In this document: positions 24,501 to 37,063 of the stretch, in pieces
Numbering within the stretch: position 1 is the stretch's first letter
Layout: each line of letters starts with the position of its first letter
From: Macrostomum lignano
Taxonomy: Eukaryota
Length of the DNA: 64,000 nt
Direction: 5' to 3'
Assembly (NCBI GenBank): GCA_002269645.1
Contig: NIVC01000319.1
Span: 558,001-622,000, forward strand
The notes under the pieces: model-generated
The model's input: only the letters and a program-made list of their open reading frames with translations
Told to the model about the DNA's origin: nothing
Database searches by the model: none
Made by a program: the position numbers and the translations under genes

Positions 24501-26143
24501 ATATTCTCAGATGTCAAATCTCTTGGTGAGATTCTCAGATGTCAAATCTCTTGGTGAGATTTTCAGATGTCAAATCTCTTGGTGAGATTCTCAGATGTCA
24601 ATCTTGGTGAGATTCTCAGAGGTCAAATCTCTGGGTGAGATTTCTAGAGGTCAAATCTCTGGGTGATATTCCCAAAGGCCAAGTCTCTGGGTGAGATTCC
24701 CAGAGAGAAAATCACTGGGTGAGATTCTCAGGTGTCAAATCTCTTGGTGAGATTCTCAGATGTCAAATCTTTTGGTGAGATTCCTAGAGCTCAAATCTCC
24801 GAGTCAGATTCCCAGACGTCAAATCTCTGGGAATCTGGGAATTTCAGGGTCATTGCTCAGTGCTCAGTCCCACCCGACTCTCAAGCTGGGTTCACAGCAG
24901 CTTAAACTCCAACTCGAACCTGAAGTTGCGCAGCACCCGCTTGGCCCCGTAGAGAAACGCGTCGCCATCGTTGGTGATGACGGCGTCCACAACTCCGCGG
25001 TTGTTGAGCAGCGCGGCCAGACTCTCCGCCTCGCCAGGGCTCTCCACATGAGGTACGCCGAGCAGGTCGAGCAGGCGGCAGCAGTCGCCGCGCAACAGGC
25101 GGCGAAATCTGGCCCGCTTGCGGATCCGCTCCGGGTCCACCGGCCGCTCTGCGACTGTGGGATGAGCGATTTAAACTGTCAGTAACTGCCTGTCACTCTC
25201 CCCTACACAGCCTGTCACTCCTGCCGCTCTCCCTACACAGCCTGCCACTGCCTGTCGCTCTCCCCTACACCGCCTGCCACTCTCTCCTACACAGCCTGCC
25301 ACTCTCCCCTACACCGCCTGCCACTCTCTCCTACACAGCCTGCCACTCTCCCCTACACAGCCTGCCACTCTCCCCTACACAGCCTGCCACTCTTCCCTAC
25401 ACAGCCTGCCACTCTCCCCTACACAGCCTGCCACTCTCCCCTACACAGCCTGCCACTCTCCCCTACACAGCCTGCCACTCTCCCCTACACAGCCTGCCAC
25501 TCTCCCCTACACAGCCTGCCACTCTACCCTACACAGCCTGCCACTACCCTACACAGCCTGCCACTCTCCCCTACACAGCCTGCCACTGCCTGCCGCTCTC
25601 CCCTACACAGCCTGTCACTCTCCCCTACACAGCCTGCCACTCTCCCCTACACAGCCTGCCATTCTACCCTACACAGCCTGCCACTCTCCTACACAGCCTG
25701 CCACTGCCTGTCGCTCTACCCTACACAGCCTGCCACTCTCCCCTACACAGCCTGCCACTCTCCCCTACACAGCCTGTCACTCTCCCCTACACAGCCTGTC
25801 ACTGCCTGTCGCTCTCCCACATCCCAATCAGCTCACCTGGCTTAGCCCCTTTGCCAGCCATCTGCTGGGATCTGGCAGTCATAGTCGCCACCTTCAATAC
25901 GGGCGCTTCGCCGTCCAAAACAAAGAGCGGCCTGACGCCCAGCTTGAGCAGGTGCAGGGTTCTGAACAGCAGGTTGCGCAGATGCAACCGACCAGGAATG
26001 GCGCAGGCGGCCTCCCGCTGGGTCTGCATGTCGTCAACAACCCAGATGGCCAGGTCGATGGCGATTCGGAGGCCGCGCAGCTCCTCAAGCGGGGTGTGCT
26101 GCGCCGTTGGCTGAATGATGGACCAGAGGCCGTGGACGCCCAT
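21573..26143 (-). CDS. GEN1: GEN1 Holliday-junction resolvase (Rad2/XPG family); 4 exons
   Basis: Exons 26143-25837, 25154-24920, 23846-23279 and 22622-21573, with consistent phases (1, 2, 0). Motifs: MGVHGLW, IAIDLAIW, HLRNLLFR, FVLDGEAP, GEAESLAA, TNDGDAFLYGA, LLLGCDY, and a chromodomain-like ILAERIRAGVPCYEV. The acidic catalytic residues are intact. Confidence 0.93.
22860..23215. repeat. 15-bp minisatellite in GEN1 intron 3
   Basis: cataggatagaacac units. Confidence 0.9.
23970..24800. repeat. About 28-bp minisatellite in GEN1 intron 2
   Basis: ggtgagattctcagatgtcaaatctctt units with higher-order variation. Confidence 0.9.
25185..25815. repeat. 22-bp minisatellite in GEN1 intron 1
   Basis: cctacacagcctgccactctcc units. 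Confidence 0.92.
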
Positions 26144-26682
26144 TTTTCTAATTAGTCAAGGAATAACCTGTAACACGTTGAGCTTATGTAAGTTACCAGT
26201 TAGTATATTAGTATTTGTTTGCTATAAATTTTTTAGCAGACTTTAGGCAAGACAATATTCAAGTCCAGTAAATATGATGTTCAGAGCATCAGAGGAGTTG
26301 GCTGCATTTTTAAAGACTCATGAATGGAAATTTTAACAGAATGTCTTTCAGGAGCAGAGCATCTTAGCAATAAATGCATTTTTATTCTTGTGCCACGACC
26401 CCAGCTTCAATTCTGTACCTATGGGAGCAAATGGGAATCTGTGCATATGGCATCTTGAATAGATGAAGAAATCAATCAAACTTTTTTGTTTATGGCCCTC
26501 CCCATATGCCTTTGCTTTATTTTATATATGCAAGAATTGAATCTTAAGAAAAAAAGCAGAACAAAGTGGACATAACTTGATCCACAATAACTACACTGCC
26601 TCTTTCCTTATGCTCAAGTCAGCTAAAATTTGAGATACAAATATATAAAATGTTCAAACAATTTTTCAAATTGATAAAAAGT

Positions 26683-27498
26683 TATAGGCTCATTCCATAT
26701 AAGCATGGTCGTAACATGACAGGTTATTTTTACTTATAAAATCCTATATACTAAAAATGAAATGAAATCTAATAATAGAATATACTAAACCAATATTTTA
26801 AATGAAAGATTATTTTGTCTAGAATATATTTATAGAGTTTCATATAGATATCATCATTAGTATAGATGCTATTAAACCTTAAATGACACTTATGGTCGTA
26901 ACGACAGGATTTTTGACATATAGAAACTAAAAGGTAAAAGTCTTATAACATTTTTCATTTTTTGATATTTTGCAATACATTTTTAAAATTTGACTAAGAA
27001 CATCTTTAGAAATCATACTCTTTTATTAGAATATATAAACTCAAAAGGCAACAAAGATACAAAAGAAAAGGCAGCCTTATGGTCGTAACATTATGGTCGT
27101 AACATATTTTTTTCTGTCAATTCAGTAACTTTGAGGTACTAATACATTAAAAATATAATAGATTATTTGGTCACCAATGCTTTTATCTGATGATGCAAGT
27201 ACTATACTTTTATCTATAGTTTGTTTCAACCTTCAAAAGCTTTCTATTTGTTTTTAAAAGGTACAAAATCTTAATGATGTCTTTTGCTTCGAAAAATGTC
27301 CAAATTTTTACAAAAATGACTTTTTGCCAATTGATAACATACTAATCCAACATTTTACCATTCCTTTATTCTTAGATTGTATATATTGCACAATATAAAC
27401 ATTTGGTAAAAAAATAGGCTAATTAGGCAATGGCAAGCAAAAATATTGACTTTTTTCTATTTTCCAAATATGTCCATCTTATATGGAATGAGCCTATA
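26683..27498. mobile_element. MITE-like non-autonomous DNA transposon, about 810 bp
   Basis: Perfect 21-bp inverted repeat: tataggctcattccatataag (26683-26703) and cttatatggaatgagcctata (27478-27498). AT-rich non-coding interior with four copies of atggtcgtaac. The target duplication could be TA or AT. Confidence 0.8.
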
Positions 27499-28009
27499 CG
27501 TAATTGCTTAAATAAATAAAAATTCATGCAATCTCATGCATGCCAAATTTAAATATTTTTAATACAATTTCTATAGAATCTATGGCCTATGGGCTATTGT
27601 TTGGTTTCTATAATATATGGATCATATCTTGATCTAATCAAACCAAAGGTCATAGATACTATAAAATCATTTAAAATATTTAAAAAGGCTTATAGAGCTA
27701 CTTCAATACTACTAGTTTTATGCTAATCATTTGGATCTAGCAAATAACCAATGACAATCAATATTGCTAAGACACCAGCTTTTGGAAAACTTTTCTATCA
27801 TTTGCACCATGTCTATAGGCCTAGTCTAGATCATGTTCAATGCATGCTAAAATAGGCCCCTATCCTAAACCAAATTTATAAATGCACACTGATGCCAATT
27901 AATAATTATAATCATTGAATAATAATAATTTTGTAAAATAATAATGTAGATCTAAAAAATTGTAAGCAATCATATAGATGTATACTATGTTGCATATATT
28001 TGCACTAGG

Positions 28010-29598
28010 CCTAGCATCACATGCCTAACACCCGTCTGACTTGTCCAAACTAGACAGGTGAAATGACTGCCAGCCAAGGTAAGTTGCAAAATCAAAACTG
28101 CAAAAAAAACAAAAAATTGGGGGAATAAAGAAAGGAGAGGAAGAGAAAATGAAAAGAAAAGAGGGAGAAGAGAGAGGGGAGGGAGGAGAGAGAAAAAGAA
28201 ATAAAATAGAAAAAAGCAAGAAAAGTGATATACAAAGTGAAAATTAAGTTGCAATTAGGGGAACTAAGTCACAATTGAGAGGAACTAAGTTGCAATCGGG
28301 AGGAACTAAGTTGCAATTGGGAGGAACTAAGTTGCAATCGGGAGGAACTAAGTTGCAATTGGGAGGAACTAAGTTGCAATCGGGAGGAACTAAGTTGCAA
28401 ATCTAGACAAAACTAAGTTGCACTGGATGGGTGAAATTTTGAGGTTGGGCATATATGCCTAGCATACTATGATATGCACACGATATAGCAATTTTGCATG
28501 CTGATAACTACACAATTTTTAGTTTGCACATTATGCATGCTGAGGTTTTAGAATACACATTAGAAAATTTGGCATGCACTAGATTTTCTAGAGTATAGCA
28601 TTTACAATGCAAAAATTGTTATATAATATATATTATAAAGTATTATAATGCATCGTGCCACACAGAACAAAGTATTAGACCTAGTATATATTGGAATGAG
28701 ATTCAGACTCTTGCAATATATTTAATAATCAGTTGGAATTAGGAGTCAGAATGAGATTCAGACTCTTGCAATGTATTTAATAATCAGTCAGAATTAAGAA
28801 TTGGAATGAGATTCAGACTCTTTCAATGTATTTAATAATCAGTTGGAATTAAGAGTCAGAATTAATGATATTTAGACTCTTGCAACATATTAAATTATCA
28901 GTTGAAATTAGAGTCCAAATGGGAGGGCCTATTTAGACTCTTGCAATTGTATTTAATAGGCCTAATAAGAGTCATACATGCGCAACAGTCGGCCGAGTCG
29001 GCCGATCCGGCCGACCGATTTGGCGGCCAACCAAGGAAGTCGCAAAAATGCCCACCCGAAAAAACACCCAAGTAGTAGTACTAAGTAGCTGACGAGGCAT
29101 TTTGGCTTAATAAGACAGTCATAGTTACTCCTGCCGTTTACCCAAAATTGCGTTTATTTTGCTTTAGGGTTTTTTTTACATGTAAGTCGCAATTTTGGCC
29201 AAAAACTACGTCGCATTTTTGTTAAAACTAAGTCGCACGGCCGACCGAATTTTGGAGGTTTCGCATGTATGATAAGAGTCAGAATATATTCTGACTATTA
29301 CTTTGACTTGTAATTTAACTACATTAGCATTACAAGTCGGAATAACGGTCGGAATATTCCAAGTTGGAAAAAGTTTAAAAGGTACTTTGTACATAACTTT
29401 TTTTGCCTTTTTCTCTTTTTTCTTCTTGTCTTTCTCTCTTCTCTTTCTTTTATCTCTTTTATCTTCTTTCTTTTCTCTCTTTTCTCTCCTTTCTTTCTTT
29501 TCCTATTTTTTTGTTTTTTGCAACTTACCTTGGCTGGCAGCCATTTCACCCATCAAGTTTGAATGGGTTAGATGGGTGTTAGGCATGTATGAAAGGCA
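28010..29598. mobile_element. Foldback-like element with long inverted arms and internal tandem repeats
   Basis: 28020-28089 is an inverted match of 29518-29587 (catgcctaacaccc...gtgaaatg.ctgccagccaaggtaagttgcaa). A purine tract (28090-28240) mirrors a pyrimidine tract (29395-29517). The interior has 21-bp (28255-28415) and about 57-bp (28690-28950) arrays. Confidence 0.65.
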
Positions 29599-30924
29599 TA
29601 GACAAAAAAATCAAAGGGAGGACCAAGCAAATTTTAGCCAAAAACAAAGCCATCCTGCCACCTGGACTGCCCATTCCCATGTATTTACCTTGCAGAATCC
29701 ACCCCCTCAACAAATTTCTGGTTGCACTAATGCATTATTGGCATAGGCTTAGCCATAGCTATAGGACCTGGGACCATGAGAATAAGCACTGCTATAATAA
29801 TATTGGAGCTATATAAATATGGTTAGAACTTAGAAACCCATTGTCTGACTCTTAGCCTTAGACTTATGTATACTCTTTACAAAAAGTATAAAAACTAAAC
29901 AAAGTTCAGCAAATTAATTTATATTTATAATAGAATAACATTAAATTAAAAAATAATGAAATCTAGACTAAATTAAAAATGCAGTTTATATTACATAACA
30001 CTAACAAGTTAACAACAAAAGTTAAGTAAATTAAGCCTCATTCTATACGGCTTATGCCTAGAATATGAGCCTTATTAGTTAGGCTTATTCCCTTCTAGTA
30101 GCCACTGACTAAGACGTGTGTACTGTAATCGTGTAATGTACATAAGGCCCTCCACCAATCCTGATTCCTGATACGGTAGCAAACTCAGCCCAACGATGCT
30201 TAACTTAGATCTTAGCGTCCCGACCTCAGAATTTTCTGTTTGAACCACGATACCGACTGACTTTCCAGGCTTGATTTCGAGCCTAACCATTTTAGCCACG
30301 CTGTCAATTACGGTCTACATCACATCAGTCAGGAGGCTGCGAATTAAAAATTGATGACGACTAGGCCGCTGAATTCGAAAATGTTTACACGATAAACTTG
30401 TGTATTATAACCAACTTTATTTGGAAGATTCTCGGGTTTTGTGAAAAAATCATTAGAAAGTATACCGTAAGTTCAATCATACGTTATTGTAAGCACTAAT
30501 TGAGCTTTTTTGTTTTTATCTCTGAATATAAAAATTTTTCATATTTTCATCAAAAGTACATACATCATGCAGAGCCTGCATTGCCAGCATGCTGTCAGAA
30601 GCATTTTGCTGCGTTGTTTTGTGCTTGGAGGTAGCAAAATATTGTGACACGGCTGACTCCAGACTAGCTCGCATTTATCAATCAATTTATCAGACAATCG
30701 TGCATTTAAAGATTGATTGGGGCGTAATAAAAACTACATGTAAACTGATCCTCTTTGCTTCTATGTTTTACCATAGACAGATGTTTTTTTCATTGCAAAC
30801 CTGAGTTCCCTAAAGAGGCTGATATGTCAAATTATTCCAGCTTTCTATAATTTTCAGAACGGTATATTGTAACAGTATTTTCTCAAGTTCTTTAAGATTT
30901 GACTTTGATACTGCAGGGACTAAA

Positions 30925-31225
30925 ATGAATTTCTACGTATACGCCATGATTATCGTTTTCATCGTTATGTTTTTTGGTAAGTAGCAGCTCAGCTTTCGAG
31001 TCTGTTAAGAGCCTTAATTAGGCTTTTTTCAGCTGCTTATCACCAAAGCTTTCTAGCTGCCTCCCCACCCCATCACTCACTCACTCATTCACTCACTCAC
31101 CTGTGCCCACCGCAGACTCTGGATCTGCCTGCAGCAGCTCCGAAAAATGCACAAAAACCGGGGGCTACTGCAGGAACTATGCAGACTGCTGCTCACAGCG
31201 GTGCAACGTGGGCAAATGCTGGTGA
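30925..31225 (+). CDS. Secreted 53-aa inhibitor-cystine-knot (conotoxin-like) peptide; 2 exons
   Basis: Exon 1 (30925-30976) encodes MNFYVYAMIIVFIVMFF plus one base, followed by the donor gtaagt. Acceptor cgcag, then exon 2 (31116-31225) gives DSGSACSSSEKCTKTGGYCRNYADCCSQRCNVGKCW*. Cys spacing is C-X6-C-X5-CC-X3-C-X4-C. An acceptor-like ctgcag lies 8 nt before the ATG. Confidence 0.85.
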
Positions 31226-34200
31226 AGTCAATTAATGAGGAGCTAGCAGCCCGTCTGAAGTTTTAATGCCCCTTTGTTTTCCCATCTCGTCGTTTGTTGC
31301 GGTTTGTTTTTTGCGATAATACAAAAAAATTTAGAGAATTACATCCGTGTGCAATGCAGTGGCTTCACGCTATAGATCTGATTCAAAAAAGCAAATGTGA
31401 TTAAGCTGTCCACACTTTATATACTTCCATGACAAACGCGAAATCAAGGACTTTCAAATAATTCAACACCAGATGCTAGCAGATTAAACTTTCTTTTATT
31501 CAACTTAGCATACAGCTGGCGCCTATATAGCTATTTGCATTTGAGCTGTTCTGCTCAACTACACTTCTAGTTGGTGTAGGCAAATGTTCTGTAATTATTT
31601 TCATGTGCTACACGTGTATATTGGGGTTCAACTCAAAATATGAGCGCTTTTGCAGCTTGAGGTTATGTACGTGTAGCTCGAGTTTTATGTGTGTAGCTTG
31701 ATCGGTACTGTGGAATTCCAAGGTCCTGTAACTTGAGGTTCTGTACGTGTACATGTGAACTGAGGTACGGATATGGAATATTAAGGAATAGTTGAATCCA
31801 TCAAAAATATCCATAATTTAGATAAAAAAATCAAGCAGATTTTGCAGTTGGCAGATTTGCAATTACATTTTCCACATCAAATGAAGAAATACATGCTGTC
31901 TGATGCGTCCTGCTCAAGACACAACAGACTTTTTGCTTATCAGTGTTGCAGCAACTCTGCGAGGATCGGGTCCGACTGTTGCTTCCAATCTCGCTCGAGC
32001 AGCCAGATCCAATGCTTCTAACGAGCTCAGGATTAGCTTCAGCTTCTTAGAGAAGCACGTCTTACAGAGACAGAGTCAGCTGTTTATCCAGCTCAAGTTG
32101 GTCATCAAAAAGATACTACCCAAGAAGCTGAGCACATTTGTGATGAAGATTTATCTAGCCAAGGCAATTGTTCAGTATGCTGCAGCGCCACATTAGGAAG
32201 CTGTGAGCAGCATCTGGGCGCTAGAGCCGTTGGTTGCAGTTCTAAAGGAATCTTGTAGCGCCCTTCATTGATCGATCGATCAAACCTTCTAGAAATCACA
32301 AATCCAAATGTTGCGATATTTCAATAAACTTCTCATTAAAATTCTAATTTCAAGCATTTATTATTGAATACTAATTGATTTATTATCTTAAACAGCATAG
32401 TCAATATAGCAGTAAAATTATCCGTAATTTATTTGCACTTTAAATTTGTTATACTGTAAGAAATATTTCTAGAAATTTCCGGAAAACCAAAATCATTTCT
32501 ACTCGTATAAATATACGGCAGGCGATCGAAAAACGGATCACTCTTTCCCATTTTCTTACTTCCTCCCGAATATGCCAATAAAACCAAAAGAGCCATCGCA
32601 TTTGCTCTGCATTTTCCTCAAAACTCTACAACTCTCGACCTGCTGCACAGCTTCCTAGGCGACAGTTCCGCCCACATTGTTTGTCTGCAAGCCGCACTTC
32701 TTCCTGCCTGGCGCTCCGCTGTTTCTCAAGAACGCTGGCACCGGAGCGGAGCCGGGGCTGACAAAGCAACGGCTACACAGAGAGATACTCGCAAGGACCA
32801 CTAGGAACACTTCGTTAATTACAGTCTAGTAGAGTGTACGAGCGCTCTTAGCAACCGTAGCACGGAGGCCGAGTACAAGCAGCTACTAGTAAACAGAGCG
32901 GGGTGCAGTTGTGTCTCCATGTCATGACTTTGCTCCAGCTGGAAAGGAGAGATAAAGCAAAACAGCTGCTCGAGGCTCAAAGCCGATTCCCGATAAAATC
33001 CGAAAATTCGTCGCTTACACGTGGTGTTTTTCTTTTAAACAAAGGAAACTAGTTTAAGTAGTCCCTGGTTGGACTTTGGATTTTCAGCTTTCGACGTCCC
33101 GAACTTGCTGCTGAAGCGTAAAAAGACAATTCCAGTCATCTACGCGAAGCTTCCGCAGCCTGCTGTGGAGCATGAGAGCCGAGCTGCTGGAAGCAACCTC
33201 TCATTAAAGTGAAAACTATTGGCCCACATAACAACAACAACAACAATAATGAAAATAATAGATTACACCTGCCACAATGGACAGAGATGCAACCGACAGC
33301 TCAGCCGCAGCAATTGTGCAGCGCATCTGAAGGCTGCGTACGCGGCTACCCAGTCCAAGGACTGGGAGGTCGCTTCACACCCTCAATTAACCCAGCTAAT
33401 GCAGGAATAACCCCCCCCCCACCAACAAAACTGACAAAAGAAGATTGCAGACAACTCGGATGTTGATGAGCACTTTGTGCAGTCATCGCACTGCTACTCA
33501 CTAATGCAGTTGCTGAGCTGCAAGAAGGCAAAGGAAGAGCTGATGGTCGGAGCTGGCGAGACAAAGCTGGACCGCGTATCTGCAGAAGTCAACTGGATTT
33601 GAGGTTTCTCTCGATGCAGCTCTTGATGCTGTGTAGCATTCTGTGAGGCCTGCACTGCTCAGTAGCTCCGACTTTCTGCTTACTATTCAATCAGTGTTCT
33701 CATCCTAATATTTTTCCAGGCGCGATGCCCAGGAACAAGATGACTTGGGTAACCTCACACCTGCAGGCACTTGGAGGCTCCTGCATCGGAGCATATTTAG
33801 TTTCATTTACATGTTGCTACTGCAGTAATTTAGCAAATTGAACATAATAGTCCCAGAATTTGTTTGCACGATGAGAGTTGAGCTGCGTCGCTTTTCGGAT
33901 GGACAGCCAGGAAATCGAACATTGCGAGGTGAGCAAACAAGACCACGCTAACAACCTTGTCACGGGTCCACTTTCACAAGCTCGCGACTTCACATCGTCG
34001 AAAAGTCTTGTAGGTCGCATTCATCGGCTTGAAAACGAAAAAATTCATAAACTCAAAAGCGATCAGCCGAATGATAATTTGCACTATTGTTTCACATTGG
34101 CTTTGCAAAACTGATTTGAATCTGAATTTTTTCGGAGGGATCATTCCAGCAGAAATAACTCGCACTCAAAGAGAGTACTACTCCCAGAAATTGTGCAGTT

Positions 34201-34312
34201 TCGAGCTCAATGAATTTTGATGTTGAGTCTCATTCCGTCTTTCGATGACATGGAATTTCGAGCGTATGAAACGCGCCAAATAAGTGGATCAGACGGAAAA
34301 AGTATGGGGGCA

Positions 34313-34697
34313 AGGATTAAACAGAGGGGTTAAACACAGGGGTTAAACACAGGGGTTAAACACAGGGGTTAAACACAGGGGTTAAAAACAGGGGTAAAAC
34401 ACAGGGGTTAAACACAGGGGTTAAAAACAGGGGTAAAACACAGGGTAAAACACAGGGGTTAAACACAGGGGTAAAACACAGGGGTTAAACACAGGGGTTA
34501 AACAGAGGGATTAAACAGAAGGGTTAAACACAGGGGTTAAAAACAGGGGTTAAACACAGGGGTTAAACACAGGGGTTAAACAGAAGGGTTAAACACAGGG
34601 ATTAAACAGAAGGGTTAAACACAGGGGTTAAAAACAGGGGTTAAACACAGGGGTTAAACACAGGGGTTAACACACAGGGGTTAAAAACCGGGGTTAA
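34313..34697. repeat. 13-bp minisatellite (acacaggggttaa) ending at the piggyBac TTAA
   Basis: About 29 copies, directly visible. Confidence 0.92.
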
Positions 34698-35522
34698 CCA
34701 TTTGGAAGCCAAAGGCCTGCACTGCAGGCCATACCGAAACGGCCCAGAAACCCAGAGATTGAAAAATGTCTATGGCATCAAAAACCATCTCCCAATCACT
34801 AAAGCAAGTGCCCAGTATGGCCTGCTGTGCAGGCCATGACTGATTTAAAGACGTCCATTATGCATTTCCATTGTGTTTTCACTCAAATGGGAAATGTTAA
34901 AGGGGAATTAAAGCGTGGATGAATTAGCATGGATCTGGACAGAGACCAGGATTTCCGGGACATTGGCTGCAGCAAAATACTGTCTTCTTAGCTGGAACGT
35001 CAGGTTTCAAATTCGGAATCGTTTGCTTGGGCGAGTCTGGGCTTCCGTTGCTGGGAGTCGTCCGTGTATATGTGGTATCCTTCGCCCAGCACTTCGCGAC
35101 TAAGCTCAGCAACAACTCTCGCTCTCTTCCTCGCCATTTTCCGCACTCTCCTGCTGGAACTCCCTGACTGCCAACCACATTCGCTCATTAGTCCATGTGA
35201 CAAGACTGTGGTGAGAAACTCTTCAGTCAGGATCAATTTCTGGATCCATGCCTTCCGACTCCGTTTCTGACTCAAAAACCGTCGAGTCATTGCTTGATAA
35301 AGCGTCTTCCGAATCGGAATCGAGTCCCAGTCTACGCAAGGCGTCACTTTTAGCTGTCCTATTCGGCCGCGTAGAAGCCATTTGTGGGTAGGAAGGTTTG
35401 AACAGGAGCTAGCTGAAAAACTATGTGGTATACTTTACTTCTGGGCTTCTAGGGTGTGCACTCGATTCAGCAAAAAAGACAAATTTGTCTATGGACTGCT
35501 CTGCAGGCCTTTGGGCTTTTAA
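34694..35522 (-). mobile_element. Internally deleted piggyBac-like element
   Basis: TTAA at 34694-34697 is followed by ccatttggaagccaaaggcctgcactgcaggccat. An imperfect inverted copy lies at 35491-35518, followed by TTAA at 35519-35522. The minus strand has an acidic N-terminus from ATG 35381 (MASTRPNRTAKSDALRRLGLDSDSEDALSSNDS...) and a VVAELSREVLGEGYHIYTD motif typical of piggyBac transposases. Confidence 0.7.
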
Positions 35523-35766
35523 GCCATCTTACAGAACCAAGCTTGAAAACTCGTGGGCATGCTGACTCAGCTTCTCAGGCTTCAATTTAAAAATAGTTTA
35601 TACAACACGTAGGACGCAAATGAGAACAACAACTCACAGCTACAATTTTATCAGAAATCTCAGCGTCTTTCTACCAACAGAGGCTTAAGATGTCAGGGAG
35701 GGCTATAGTGATAGTTACTCGTATCAGTTCATTGTTAGACTGCATTGACATTGAAGCGTTTCTGAT

Positions 35767-37063
35767 TCATCTCAATAAGTGGAAGAAGCTGCGGATCTCA
35801 GCCTCGCTCATCGTATCGTTTATGACGGCCACCGCCTGCACCGTGCCGTTCAACACTCGTGAGTCGTCATGTTTAAATCCGAGTCTCAGGCAGGTGCAGC
35901 TGGGAATGCTTGATTCAGAATATGAGGCCGCCACAGTCACCTGCCCTGGCGGCACGAAGCCTCCATTAGAGAAAAATTTTCGGCTCGAGAGAGACGCCGA
36001 CGTCAGGCCGACTTCCACGAACGAATTCGGGTCAAACGAGTTCGTTTCCGGTGCGGTTTGGTAGCCAGAATAGTTCAAAGCAACCCTGACGCTAAACAGG
36101 CCTCTTAAATGTAGCTTGCCGTCCCAGAAGGCGGCTCCAGGCACCTTGGTGGTGCAGTCGTAGCTCTCAAGAATTGCTGCTTCCTTCATCTCCCTCTTAA
36201 GCCTGACGAGCCACGTGAGTTCCTGCTGCAGGTTCGCGAACTCCACGTTCTCCAGCCACATCTTGGACGACACTCCGTCGAGCTTGGCTCTCTCGCTGCT
36301 CCACTCCACATTCTCCGACATCCACTGCTGCGTCTGGCCGCACACCAAGTTGCTCCTGCTGGCGTCCGCATCGTCGCTCATCACCCAGGCGGCCCTCAGC
36401 TTCGAGCCCACATCCAGCATGAGCTTCCTGCTCAAGGTGAGGAACTTGGCGGCTCTGGCATTGGCGAATGCGGCACAGCGGCGGGGCTGCGAGCTCTCTG
36501 CAGCAGCGAGTCCATCGATGAGGTGGCACACTGCGGTGTACTAGAAGAGCGAGCACTGGCGAGTGTCCGAGTCGAACTGGGCCACCTGCAGACCGCTTGA
36601 GCCAGCCTCGTAAAGGCACTCGATGATGCCTCTCGGATTCTGAGTCGCCCCCACTGCCAGATTCTCAGCCAGGCACTGCCGTAACTCAATTTTACTCCAG
36701 CTGCCGGAGCACTGCTCAATCTGAACCCAACAGACAAGAGCAAGCAGAGAGAGTTCTGAAATTTTGCAACGGGTTTGATTTTATTTTTATTTTGCTTTGA
36801 ATTGGCTTTGTCTTTTCAGCTGTATAAATCTTCGGCGGGTAACAAATATGGAGCCGCTGATGTTGCTGAAACTGTATTGACAGCAGATAGCCTACTTCAT
36901 GCACTTAGATCACAGTTACTGATTTGTACATAGAATATGCACATCCATATCCACATTCATATGGCTGTCACTCACATTCACCAGACAGATTGGCTCACTC
37001 ATCAGTCTCACTTAACCAGCAAAGTCTAAACAGATAAAACTTACTTAACAGTTTGCTGAGCAT
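35767..37063 (-). pseudogene. Secreted protein gene (PAN/apple-like N-terminus, LamG/ConA-like C-terminal motif) with one in-frame TAG
   Basis: Exon 1 37063-37045 (MLSKLL plus one base, donor gtaagt); acceptor tttcag; exon 2 36755-35767. Gives the signal peptide MLSKLLKLSLLALVCWVQIEQCSG, then ECLYEAG...AQFDSDTRQCSLF*YTAVC, ending GTVQAVAVINDTMSEAEIRSFFHLLR*. The stop at 36543-36541 is codon 78. Domain names are inferred by eye. Confidence 0.6.

Noticed and set aside
32640-32820. Possible second small Cys-containing peptide on the minus strand (CGRNCRLGSC)
   Set aside because: No ATG or signal peptide in frame and no convincing upstream exon.
33219-33650. Coding-like fragments with Cys/His residues
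   Set aside because: Short, interrupted and not assignable to any family by eye.
34313-34697. Interstitial telomeric repeat
   Set aside because: The unit is 13 bp (acacaggggttaa), not TTAGGG.
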